In this document: piece after piece, positions 1 to 10,322 of the stretch
Numbering within the stretch: position 1 is the stretch's first letter
Layout of the letters: each line of letters begins with the position of its first letter
Assembly (NCBI RefSeq): GCF_964355755.1
Contig: NC_092675.1
Location: 29,794,912 to 29,858,911, forward strand
DNA: 64,000 nt
Reading direction: 5' to 3'
Origin: Antedon mediterranea
Lineage: Eukaryota > Animalia > Echinodermata
Position numbers and translations under genes: made by a program
Notes under the pieces: generated by a model
Seen by the model: the letters and a program-made list of their open reading frames with translations, nothing else
Database searches by the model: none
Told to the model about the DNA's origin: nothing

Positions 1-585
1 TCATCATAAGTTCATAGTTCAAATTAAAGGTTTGGTTTAACAAGTTTTTCAGCGTGTACTATATGTAATGTTAAACCATCACTGGCACTACACCGTGTTC
101 TTATGCAATAAATGTATATTTGTGAGAAAATATGTGGAATTATAATCTATTTTATTTAAATAAATAAGAAAATTCATCTTAGTATTTTAGGTTCACTTCA
201 GTTGTGGAAGACAATGTATTTGTGTTTATGATTCTCTATTTTGAAGATGTAGTTTAGTTTGAACATTGAGATGGAGCTTTTATTCATAAGCTACATATCT
301 TGATAAAGCCGTAGATTATGGCTGTTAAGGAATAATAAAGAAGGGATTTACTGTACGAAGACTTTGAATTTTGCAAAAAACAATGCCATCATTTGCATAC
401 ATGGCCTAAAGCTTTTTTTCCAGCAAGCTGTATATATGTAAATCAAACTTACAAACTTTGCACTAAAAAAAAAAAATTATTTTCCTTCTCCATCACAATA
501 ACATGGCTCATCCTGTAAGTGCCTTCCGTTTCTCATATATGTCCCAATAAAACAAAATTTAAAAGAGGAGATATCTACCGTCTCA

Positions 586-3500
586 TCAGCTGTCGTCTTC
601 AGTTTTCTTTTCTTCTTTAACTTCTTGTGAAACACTGTAAGCACTTTGCTTATCTGATATATTTGTCATTTCATCTTTTAAATTCATGCATTTCTGGTCC
701 TTAGCATCAAGTAATGCGTCTGCTGACAAAATGTTTTTACTTATCAAAACTTCACTATCATCTTGAGATTGACTATCTTCTGTTTTGACCTCCTTTTTTA
801 TCTTAATTTTATCATTTTCATCTGTTTTTATACAGTTTTCATTTTGTTCATTACCATCAAGTTTTTCCTCGCTATTTTCTGTCATTTTATTGTCTGTTTT
901 ACAATCTGTTAATTGTTTTCTAAGTGGAATAACCTTTGAAATGGTTTCCTGCCAACTGTTACACTGAACAAACTGCAACATTATTTCAAAAACTGAAAAG
1001 CAAAAAAGTTAATAATGATTTATGATACAATTTATGATAATCTGTATAGTATTTGAGAACATTAAATTAGCATCTGAAATGTTATATACCCTGGGATAGG
1101 AATTGGCTGTAGTGTTAAAACAGTTGAGCCTCTATTGAGGACACCTTCAGGACCAAAAAAAGTGCCTTAACAGAGATGTCTCCTAAATCAAAGCATATTG
1201 AGGATGATTAAAGCATATTAACTTAAATATTAACTACATACGTGTTGCACCTCAAATTTTATATCAACATATTGATTACGTCATGCAAACCTTCAAGTAA
1301 AAGAGATTAATTAATCTATGGGCCAATAACATACCATGATTTACTGTCAGCACTTTCCTGGATTTCAATTGGACGTTATTACCTAATGGCAACTGAGCAT
1401 GCTCCCAACCTTTATCAACTGCATTCTGGAAACATACACCCTGCAGAGAAAAAAAATAATAGTATATAGAGGGCTCATTTAGTTATTATTACAAAATACT
1501 TTTCAAGCAAGCAAGCTGGGAAAAAATGGTGCTATGATTACAGCATACACTGAGCAAGGAATTTAAGACAAATAATTTATTTTTATTTTTTTATTTTATT
1601 CAATCGAAACCAACAGCGATAATTACCGCCACTAACAGGTTTGATACAAACAAAGCCAGGACTGTTTAAAGCACCTTGATTGGTCCTAACATTGATCAAG
1701 GGCTTCTCTCGTCCAGTGCTCACCTTGACCAGAAGTCTGAGGCAGATACTAGATGCAGGGGCTGCCATAAGAGTCAGCAGTGCTGATTTCAAATGCCTAA
1801 CGGGACCCCAGCTCCATATACAGCACCCGTTATTCCCAGATGGTCTCCCATCCAAGCTCTAACCAGGCCCAACGTCGCTTAACTTCGGTGATCTGACGAG
1901 AACCGGTGTTTCAACGTGGTAAAGCCGTATCTACCGTATAAGAAACTAATCTGGTTGAACATTACACTCACTTTATGGTGGTTGTGATCCACTAGGCCCC
2001 CTATAATGTAAACTTTCTTTGGATCTATATTCTCCAGAATGTTTGGAGACTCTGCTGCCAAGAACACCAGGTTTTCTTTTCCAAACTTAGCCTCTGGATC
2101 CAGACCTTCAAAATAAACCTAATAAAAAAATTATGTGAATACTGTGTGAATACAACGTACCTAAAAAAAACAAGACAATTTTGCAAAACAAGAAATAGTA
2201 ATTACAAAAAAGACAATAAGAAACAACAGTTAATGTACTCTACTTTTAACCAAAAATCTGAGAATGGCTTCCAGTTGACTACTTACTTTGACTTTGAATT
2301 ACAGTGGTTTTTTTTATAATGATCCAATATTTGGTCAAAGTGAATCTATGTGACATCAAAACAATTTATTTTGGTGTAATTGGTTTTTTTTGTGACCATA
2401 TTTAATGAGGGTGATCCATCCAGCAATAGACACGTTTCGCGCTCGCGAGGTCACCGTCAGTTTGACCTTTTAGTGGGTATACAATGGTAAACAAACACAG
2501 CGAGAGGTATGTTAAAGCATGGGAGAACTGAGAGATGATCATCTTAAAAAGCAATCGTCAAAACTAGCCTTTTGATGGAATGGCATGGTAAGGATGTTAT
2601 TTACTTTCTAAACTTATGTTTTATATTCACTGTAGAATTATTTGGGCATTTGGTTCGGAATCATCGACTTTATTTATGTATTCTAATTTTTGGTTTGACA
2701 CATATATTACGGTGCATTTAATACATGTTAACTGTTGATTTTATTTACAAATGTTGCGTAAATATATTAATTATTATTTTTCATTCTTCTTCATGTTCCT
2801 ATTGCATCTTCCATGTATTATGTGATGTTCTTCGGCGCTTAAACAGACACCCAAGCCTCCTAGGCCTAGTAGACGAAGTACCGCATCAGGCAACGCCACC
2901 GGGCGGGCGGAGAGACACGAGCACATCGTGGACGTACCTTTCCTTGAAAAATTTCCAAGATTTTGCGCCACTATCCTTCGGAGCCGACGCAAACCACTCA
3001 GCAAGTGTTTGAAAATTAAAAACAGGAATATTATTCAGTGATTTTGTATAGTTAAATTCACGATTTATCCAACATATACAACATTTATGATGCACCTTGC
3101 AACAAAAGCACTCGGCAGTCGCCATTTTGCTATGCTTCAACACGCACTAGGCGAGAGGTGTTCGGTTTGTTTACAAATCTATACCCACTATTTCTGATTG
3201 GTCGCGAGCAAGAAACGTGTCTATTGCTGATCATTAGGGACCCTCAGAGGTTCACAAGACAAACATATAGACAAGATGCTCTACATAAACAAAGTCTTAT
3301 TACAAGTCTTTGGGAGTGGAGTTGTAATTTTGAAGAATATGATGGAAATAGGCACACAAGAACATAGGCCTAGAAAAACAGTGATTAGCTTAGAGTATGA
3401 CTGTAAAGATATGACATCATAATGTCCATATATGGGCACATCACTTTTTTTTTTTAGTTTGATAGTGTAGACAGAGCTTAATACATAAATAAATAATGAC

Positions 3501-4663
3501 TCCATTTGCTTACATCCCATTGCTTGTAGCCTTGTATACTAGTATCAAATACATTCTTAGTTTTATCCTTAAAATTACAAACATAATATTGTAGTGGCTT
3601 CTCAACTCGTCTGTTTTCTGCGTAACAACGTTGGATTTGCTTCACCAGTTTCTTTATATCCTATACACAAATTAAGAAACAAATACATAACATAATTAGA
3701 AATACTAGAAATATTAAAAACTAAATAATGTGTTCTGCTAAAAATGTTGGATAGTGTAAGCAGAAGCATTTATTGTAAATCAAGCCTTTTCACAGGTAAA
3801 AATATCTCATACAGTAATTAGTAAACGACTTAAAATAATTAATGATGTCTCTGAAAGCACTCATGACTGGGCACGATTACGTGATACTAAGTATTTATGG
3901 TTACACACATTGGTTACACACATAGAATTGTAATATTGAAAGATTAACAATATAAATCATTATAAATATTAAAAATTACTAACCAATATATTCATGAGTT
4001 TATCATAACCACAGTCAACAACCACCTTAACGTCACTTGCGTCTGGATGGTCCATCTTACGTGTTTTATTTGGCGGAGGAACAGCACCGCTGGAACACTC
4101 GCATTCCGCAGCTAATCGTCTACGTTTCATTTTAAACTTTTCCCTTTCAGCTTTTCTGAAGATAATTGAAGAAAATATTATTAATTTAGCAAATAGATTT
4201 AATTACAATGGAGTTTTTAAAAAATGACTGACCACTGAAAATACATTGACCACAAGAATAGCAAGTGGCAGACTCATCTCATCTCAACATCTCCCAACTA
4301 ACAGTAAAATTATCTAAAACAGTTTAAACATTTTTGGAAAGGGTACTTTATTATTAAATTTATCATTATCAATTTAATTTAATTTCCTCAGACTGATTGG
4401 TAGCAAATTAAAATATGTATACACCTTCTTTCTGATCGACCCTCAAGCCATCTTGCATGTCGTCTTTGCTTCTTAAGTTGATTCTTAGATATTGGCTGAT
4501 CATCATCTACATCCAATGAATTTGGTGACTTGTTGCTATCATCAGCATCTTCTGGTAAATTCACGTTCTCTGTTGTTGTAAATTCTTGTTTTATTGTCTC
4601 ATCTTTCTCAAAATCATCTGTTGTAGTAGTAGTTGTATGCTCCTCATTTTGAATTATCTCCAT
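586..4663 (-). CDS. TRMT10A: tRNA (guanine-9-N1)-methyltransferase TRM10 homolog A; spliced CDS complement(join(586..992,1335..1440,1972..2118,3514..3660,3984..4155,4425..4663)), about 405 aa
   Basis: All introns GT-AG; exon lengths sum to 1218 nt (in frame). Translation carries TRM10 SPOUT-family motifs: [102 protein letters not shown]. An acceptor AG at 4671-4672 implies an upstream non-coding exon. Confidence 0.95.
1576..1931 (-). mobile_element. 5S rRNA-derived SINE (SINE3-type) in a TRMT10A intron
   Basis: Minus strand starts with a near-complete 5S sequence, has no oligo-T terminator after it, continues through about 215 bp of unrelated body and ends in an AATAAA-rich tail (1576-1600). 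Confidence 0.8.
1817..1931 (-). rRNA. 5S rRNA-like sequence (SINE head or pseudogene rather than a rDNA array unit)
   Basis: Reverse complement reads GATACGGCTTTACCACGTTGAAACACCGGTTCTCGTCAGATCACCGAAGTTAAGCGACGTTGGGCCTGGTTAGAGCTTGGATGGGAGACCATCTGGGAATAACGGGTGCTGTA, recognisably metazoan 5S with box A and box C. Confidence 0.85.
2428..3222. mobile_element. Non-autonomous TIR DNA transposon with 2-bp AT target-site duplication (ISL2EU/PHIS-like), carrying a decayed ORF
   Basis: TIR AGACACGTTTCnnGCTCGCGA at both ends, with AT on each side. The uninterrupted host repeat (CATCCAGCA-AT-TGCTGATCA) is present at about 52851-52870. Minus-strand remnant reads [28 protein letters not shown]. Confidence 0.75.
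3407..3478. mobile_element. MITE family A, partial copy
   Basis: TGTCCATATATGGGCACATCAC core and terminal AGTTTGATAGTGTAGACAGAGCT shared with full copies at 29966, 30621 and 51266. Confidence 0.75.
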
Positions 4664-4797
4664 ATCAAAGCTAAAGAAGAAATAATAATTTTATTTATTG
4701 TTAAATTTCTGTGTATTAGTCACAAATGAGATTAAACATTAAAACATTAATCTACATTTAATGTACATTAATGTGTTAATGTATTAAACATTAAGTA

Positions 4798-4868
4798 AGC
4801 TCTGTCTACACTATCAAATATATATATATGGACACCTAATACAGTAGTTTGATAGTGTAGACAGAGCT
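4798..4868. mobile_element. MITE family A, internally deleted copy
   Basis: Both TIRs (AGCTCTGTCTACACTATCAAA ... TTTGATAGTGTAGACAGAGCT) with a short filler. Confidence 0.8.
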
Positions 4869-6382
4869 GCTTCAGAATAGAAATAAAAGATGAAATATGC
4901 TGAAAAAATATAGTGTAAATAAATAAATTTTTAATGTAAGTTTAAGTTTTTCTTACAAAACATGTTTCATGCCAATGCTATAACAGTAACACTCTAGATT
5001 TTTAATATCTGTTAAAAACTTTTGTCACATTCAATAAACAAAAATAATCGCAACATTATTTTCGTTTAATCTCCAACTGACATTCAGATTATTTTGTCAG
5101 AGCAGTCTGTTGTTCCAATCTTGACAAAGATTCCCAAGGCCTAAGGAAAGATTTTGTTAAAGCTATCAACAAGCTAAGCATCACTCACTTGTTGCAAAAA
5201 GCAATTTATGCACTAATATAAATAATTAATGCATCGAAAGGTAAGACTAGTTACTACTCTGACTCGCATAATAATGTTGAAAATTTAAAAATGATGACTA
5301 CAACTGTCAGTAAATCAATAATATTTACTTTTAAAAAAAAGAAGAGCATTTTGAACTATTTTATGGTACAGTATTTGGATAGAGGTGGTGGGTCACCATT
5401 TCCATCCTCCCACCCCTACGCCAAAAATAAATATAAATGTATTTATAAACATTTGTTTTCAGTAAAAGTAAAAAAATATTGAACGACTGCATTTCATGAA
5501 CCATAAATTAAATTAATTATTTGGATCAAAATAATATTGTTTTAAGATCTCAAATAATGGAAAACACTATTAATATTTATAATTATAAAGAAGTACATAA
5601 AGAGCTTGGACAGTTAAAAAAGATAGGCTCTTATGTGTGCGTTAAATTGGCAAGAGATGATTCATTTGTCAGTCTTAACAACGTCCAATCAAATTCAAAA
5701 GAAAATTACATACTGTATGCACAGTACTTTATATCATGCAACAGAACATGAAATAGCTACTGTACAAAGTATTTATTATAGTAATAATACCAAAAGTCAA
5801 GAAAAACATAGCAGGTATTGACGTGTACTGTGTTATCATTAGATTCTATTGAAAACAATGTTAGCTTCAATGGAATAATTCTGTTTCAACTGCCCTACTT
5901 TTTAATGTTGGTTGGCTCTGACACAAGAGATTTTGAAAACATTAATATGCTACAGAAGTGTAACAGTAGTATTATTTTGATTAATTGTTTACAACTGATT
6001 TTTGCAATTCATCATTTATTGAAAAATGGCCTTAATATAGTGGGTGTGATTGTGAGTGGACGTCTTTGTGTTTTAGTAGGATCTGAAAAAAGCTTTATTA
6101 ATTGAAGTATCCAAGTTTTTTTATACATTTTTGTAATTTATCAAGTTTTAACTTAAAAAAGGTGTTAGAATATAACACTCATAAGTCATATATTTGTTAT
6201 GGCCCAAAACGTCCCGCTATCGATATCATTGCAACTGCCCTCTCTGACTGTAGTTCTAGCCTACGCCTGCCTAATCTTATTAATTATTTCATTTCAGTTT
6301 TTTCAATTTTACGAACAGACACAAATTAACTGAATGAATTGGCGATAACCCAAGCAAGAAAGTTTAATAAAAAAAACTCAGA

Positions 6383-6680
6383 TAGCTAGCTAGGCTAGGC
6401 CCAACTTAGTTATAAATATAAATAAGAGCCTTTTTAATTAATTAAAATTTAGCTAGCTTTTGCTATTTAGTTGTGTAGCTACTATCTAGGGCCTCTACTC
6501 TATGCTAGGGCCTAGCTAGTAGACCCAGGAAGCCTAGGCCCACACCTCTCTCTAGCTATTGCTAGGCCTGCCTCTAGTAGCCGTGCCTATCTAGTTCTAG
6601 GCCTATTTATTATATATAATGTAGGCCTAAACCTAGAGGCCTAGCTAGTAGGCCTAGGCCCTAGCTAGGCTAGCCTTCTT
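6383..6680. repeat. Low-complexity tract of TAGGCCTA/TAGCTA palindromic words near the 5' end of TRMT10A
   Basis: Dense run of taggcc, ggccta, tagcta and ctag words over about 300 bp. Confidence 0.65.
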
Positions 6681-7299
6681 AGTAACCTTACTAAGCCTTA
6701 GGTTTTATATTATTTTAACAAAAGTAAGATTTACAAAGAGTTAGTGACCCAAACATTGAAACATGTGCTTACATTTATTCGATTACAGAGTACTCTAGTA
6801 GGAAAAAGAATTGTTGAAAATAAACAAATAAAACACAACAGGCTAGCGATACCCTTTATTACGGACGTCGTATACACATGGCCCTCTCTCCTCAGTCCGT
6901 CAGCTCTCAGCTCTCACGTTTTTTGAGGTACAGCATTCTCTACTTCTACGGAGCGCCATTTATGCCTTTATTTACTTCCGAAATAGAAATAGTACTACGG
7001 TAACTCTGGTTCAGTGGACCAAATTTAGCACCAGTAGAGCACATACAGTGATTATATAAAATAGAAATAAGTCACTAAAAATGTTAATATCTTTTCGTAT
7101 GTTAATACACTGTGCTCAAGTGGACCAAATTTGGAGCCAGTGGAGCACAGTGATATGAAATAGAAATAAGGGACTGAATTTTAATATCTTTTCGTATTAA
7201 GCATATTTGAATAGGCTACCTACCGGTATGGTACCATACATGTTCGACAATACAGTGTCACATATTTCTATTAAAAAAAAAGAAATATTAAAAAAAAAA

Positions 7300-7364
7300 T
7301 ATCCGTCGAGGTTCGAACCCCAGCCGACAGCACTCAAAACTGAGCATTACCCGTTACGCCACCA
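7300..7364 (-). pseudogene. Degenerate tRNA-like sequence (Pol III A/B boxes)
   Basis: Minus strand TGGTGGCGTAACGGGTAA (A-box-like) ... GGGGTTCGAACCTCG (B-box/T-arm); no complete cloverleaf. Confidence 0.5.
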
Positions 7365-7462
7365 AGTACATGACTGGAAAGCTGATAATAGTCTATTTAT
7401 ACGTGTATTACGTAATTGATCATTACGTCATAAATATCCTATTAACCTTGCTAAAACCAAAA

Positions 7463-7535
7463 TGATCAGTTAGCTCAGTCGTCTGAGCGTCGTGTTAACA
7501 ACACGTATGTCGTGAGTTCGATTCCCACGCTGGTC
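7463..7535 (+). tRNA. tRNA-like sequence (Ile-AAT-type body with AAC anticodon); probably a SINE head or pseudogene
   Basis: Acceptor GATCAGT/GCTGGTC, D-arm GCTC/GAGC, anticodon arm CGTG-TTAACAA-CACG, T-arm GTGAG-TTCGATT-CCCAC. The D-loop lacks the invariant GG and two stems have mismatches. Confidence 0.5.
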
Positions 7536-7724
7536 GGTGGAATAGAGTTAAGGCTATGCGAGCCACTGTGTTTGGGGTTCACAGATCATACGTCCCCCTT
7601 TCCACCACACATCATGAGGCGACAACATCAATGCATCTGGTGATGTGGTGGAAACGACCCCAAAAGGCTGTGGCAGGGCCTTAGTGCTGAGGCAGGGAGA
7701 GCACATTTACCATCTTTTTTTTTT
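7463..7724 (+). mobile_element. tRNA-derived SINE-like unit (tRNA head, GC-richer body, oligo-T end)
   Basis: No terminator right after the tRNA; about 180 bp of body ending in a T run at about 7715-7724. Confidence 0.55.
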
Positions 7725-10251
7725 GGCTCTCGCAAACTGCTTTGGTGGTTTAAATTTTATGTTTAGCGCCCTCAATTTATTTTAACGTAAAAAAAGGGAA
7801 TTAATTCTCTTCGTTACGTGCTTATAAGAGAATTCATTTTATCTCATCGTAGTTTGGTATGCAGTGCGTTTGTTATGCAAATGAGTGTGCACATGTGCTG
7901 TGGGAAAGATGGTATTGTTAGTCATTCGCGATCAACACACAACACTGTTCAATTTTTATTTTGTTAATCTTTTACATTAGAATTGTAATTCCACCGTTTC
8001 ACATTATAGTGTACTTTTAAATATCCGTTTCATGCAAGATATTGTATTGTAGGCCTACTAATATGTTGTGAATAAAAGTTTATGGTAGAATAAATAAATA
8101 AATATGTTTTAAGCAGATCTTCGAAATTTAAGCATCATTATGAAGTCGAGTTTTTTAAAACCCAACCTAAAATTCGCATCTGGATAGTTGAAATTTAACA
8201 TTATAATTATCAAAGGTGATATGATAATTCTAATTGTTTTCTAAATTATAGAAACATTAAAATTAGTAAGTAGGCTTGTGTGTGCTAGCTCTGTTTGTAT
8301 TTCATAGTTTTGTTTTGTTGAATTACCGTCACGGCCGCGTGCATTGCATGTCTCACACTTGGGAAACAATCACCATTGTATGACTGGTCCTGAAGACTTT
8401 TATATTTCGTTTCATAATTTCCGCCGGGGACTAAGCTTTCATTCTTAGCTCTGCCCCAAACATGGTGAGCTTAAATGGAGACCTAATATTTAATTTCCTA
8501 TTTCAAGAAATATTTTTTTTCAAAATTGTCTTTGCTCAGCCCCAATCATGGTGGGGTTGTGAAGACTCTTATATATCATGTTTCAAAATACTATAGGTGT
8601 CATTTCTGGGGACCTTGTAGATATTTTAAACAGTTTGGTAAGCCCTGCGTTGTTATGCAAATGAGTTTGTGCAGGTGTAATGGGAAAGATGGTATTGTTA
8701 GTCCTTCGCGGTGAACACGCCACAAAATTAAATTTAAAAGTTAAATTTTGATTTTGTTAATCTTTATTAGAAATTCAAATCATGTAAAGATACAATTTTC
8801 CGGGCGGGAATCTAGAAACTCCCCTCCTTTAGTTTAGTGATATAAAATAGAAATAAGTCACAAGTGGACCCAATTTGGTACCAGGGAAGCACAGTGATAT
8901 AAAATTGAAATAAGTCACTGAATTGTAATATCTTTTCGTATAAAACACTGTGCTCAAATGGACACAATTTGGTACCAGGGGAGCAGTGATATAAAATAGA
9001 AATAAAGTCACTCAAGTTTCAATCTTTTCGTATGTTAATACAGTGTGCTCAAGTGGACCCAATTTGGCGCCAGTGGATTTTTTTTTAAATGGAAAATAAT
9101 GAATATTGTTTTTCTTTTATTTTGAAAGAGAGATATTGGGTCCACTTGAGCAGTTACCGTAGTACTATTTCTATTATTGAAGTTAATAAAGGCATAAATG
9201 GCGCTCCGTAGAGAAGTAGAGAATGCTCCAGTCGTCAGAATGACGCTCTGAATATACCTCGTTTTTTTAACAGGAGGTTCGTCCAGACGCTTCATCATAC
9301 GTACCACATAACGTCTGGATTTATTAATCCTTTTCTGATAATTATTATTAACTTGAAAACGAAAACTTTACTTTACAGTGTTTTAAACTTGTTATTACAT
9401 ATGTATTGAATTTGAAAAACTAAAGGAGAAAAAATCAAACTACTATTGAGTTATTTTAAAAAAGTTAACTTTTTTGTTGAAGTGCGCCGAAAAGAATATG
9501 AAATTTTGAATAGTTTCAACAAAAAAGCTCACATAAAACTGCTCATATAAAAAGACAAAATAAAAAGAAAGCGAACCTCCCCCACCTCTAGGCAATCTGC
9601 TTCCGGTTTCAGACCTACTATTTTTTTTTATTACGGCAAATAGAATCCAATTGTTGGACAAAATGTATGTTACATAAATTGCATATTCAACATTTTTGAC
9701 AATTTTAAACATAGTCTACAATTTTTAAATGTTACTATTAACATTTTTTTTATTGAAATATGTTATATGTAACGTACAAGATGAGCCGGAGAAATTTGAT
9801 TACAGGACTGTACTATAATAGCTAAACAACAACAGCTGCCTTAAGTCATATCATAATTACAAGAATGGTTAGAATTACAAACTGGTATGAGCAAGGAATG
9901 AACGAGTAAGAGAGCCGGGGTGCCTATTGCTTCGTTAGGAAGATGATCATCGGCTGATGATGATGAGGAGGATACGGGGGAGGATACATATTCCTACATC
10001 AAACATGGAAATAGCTTCGGTAAGTCACGTGTATTTGTGGCCTGTTATACTCTAATAATCGTATACCGATAAATATTAATTTCTAAAATTCTAAGCTATG
10101 CTACTATACTATTACTTAGCTATTATAGAGTACCGGTATATTTCAAATTTGTTAGACGTGTCTGCCTGGACTTATAGTGCCTTATTCACAACCCAACTGT
10201 GAATGTACAGCATTAATGATAACGTTTGAAAAATTTCATCTGGTTGTGGAA

Positions 10252-10322
10252 TAATTAAATAAAATTTCTTTTTGAACAACCAAAAACTTTTTGGTTGTTC
10301 AAAAAGAAATTTTATTTAATTA
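10252..10322. repeat. Perfect palindrome, 35-bp arms, 1-nt spacer
   Basis: TAATTAAATAAAATTTCTTTTTGAACAACCAAAAA-C-TTTTTGGTTGTTCAAAAAGAAATTTTATTTAATTA. Confidence 0.9.

Larger units (their letters stand above)
6932..9227. mobile_element. Composite non-autonomous DNA transposon with about 90-bp imperfect TIRs, subterminal repeats and internal cargo
   Basis: 6932-7020 (AGCATTCTCTACTTCTACGGAGCGCCATTTATGCCTTTA..TAGTACTACGGTAACT) is the reverse complement of 9138-9227. Repeats of AAATAGAAATAAGTCAC..GTGGACCAATTTGG..GAGCACAGTGATAT lie at 7010-7198 and 8836-9076. No clear TSD. Confidence 0.75.

Noticed and set aside
1817-1931. Functional 5S rRNA gene
   Set aside because: Solitary intronic copy with substitutions, no oligo-T terminator, and a SINE-like body and tail.
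9781-10025. Exon-like acidic stretch (DDDEED) ending in GTAAGT
   Set aside because: Stops interrupt the frames and no protein family is recognisable.
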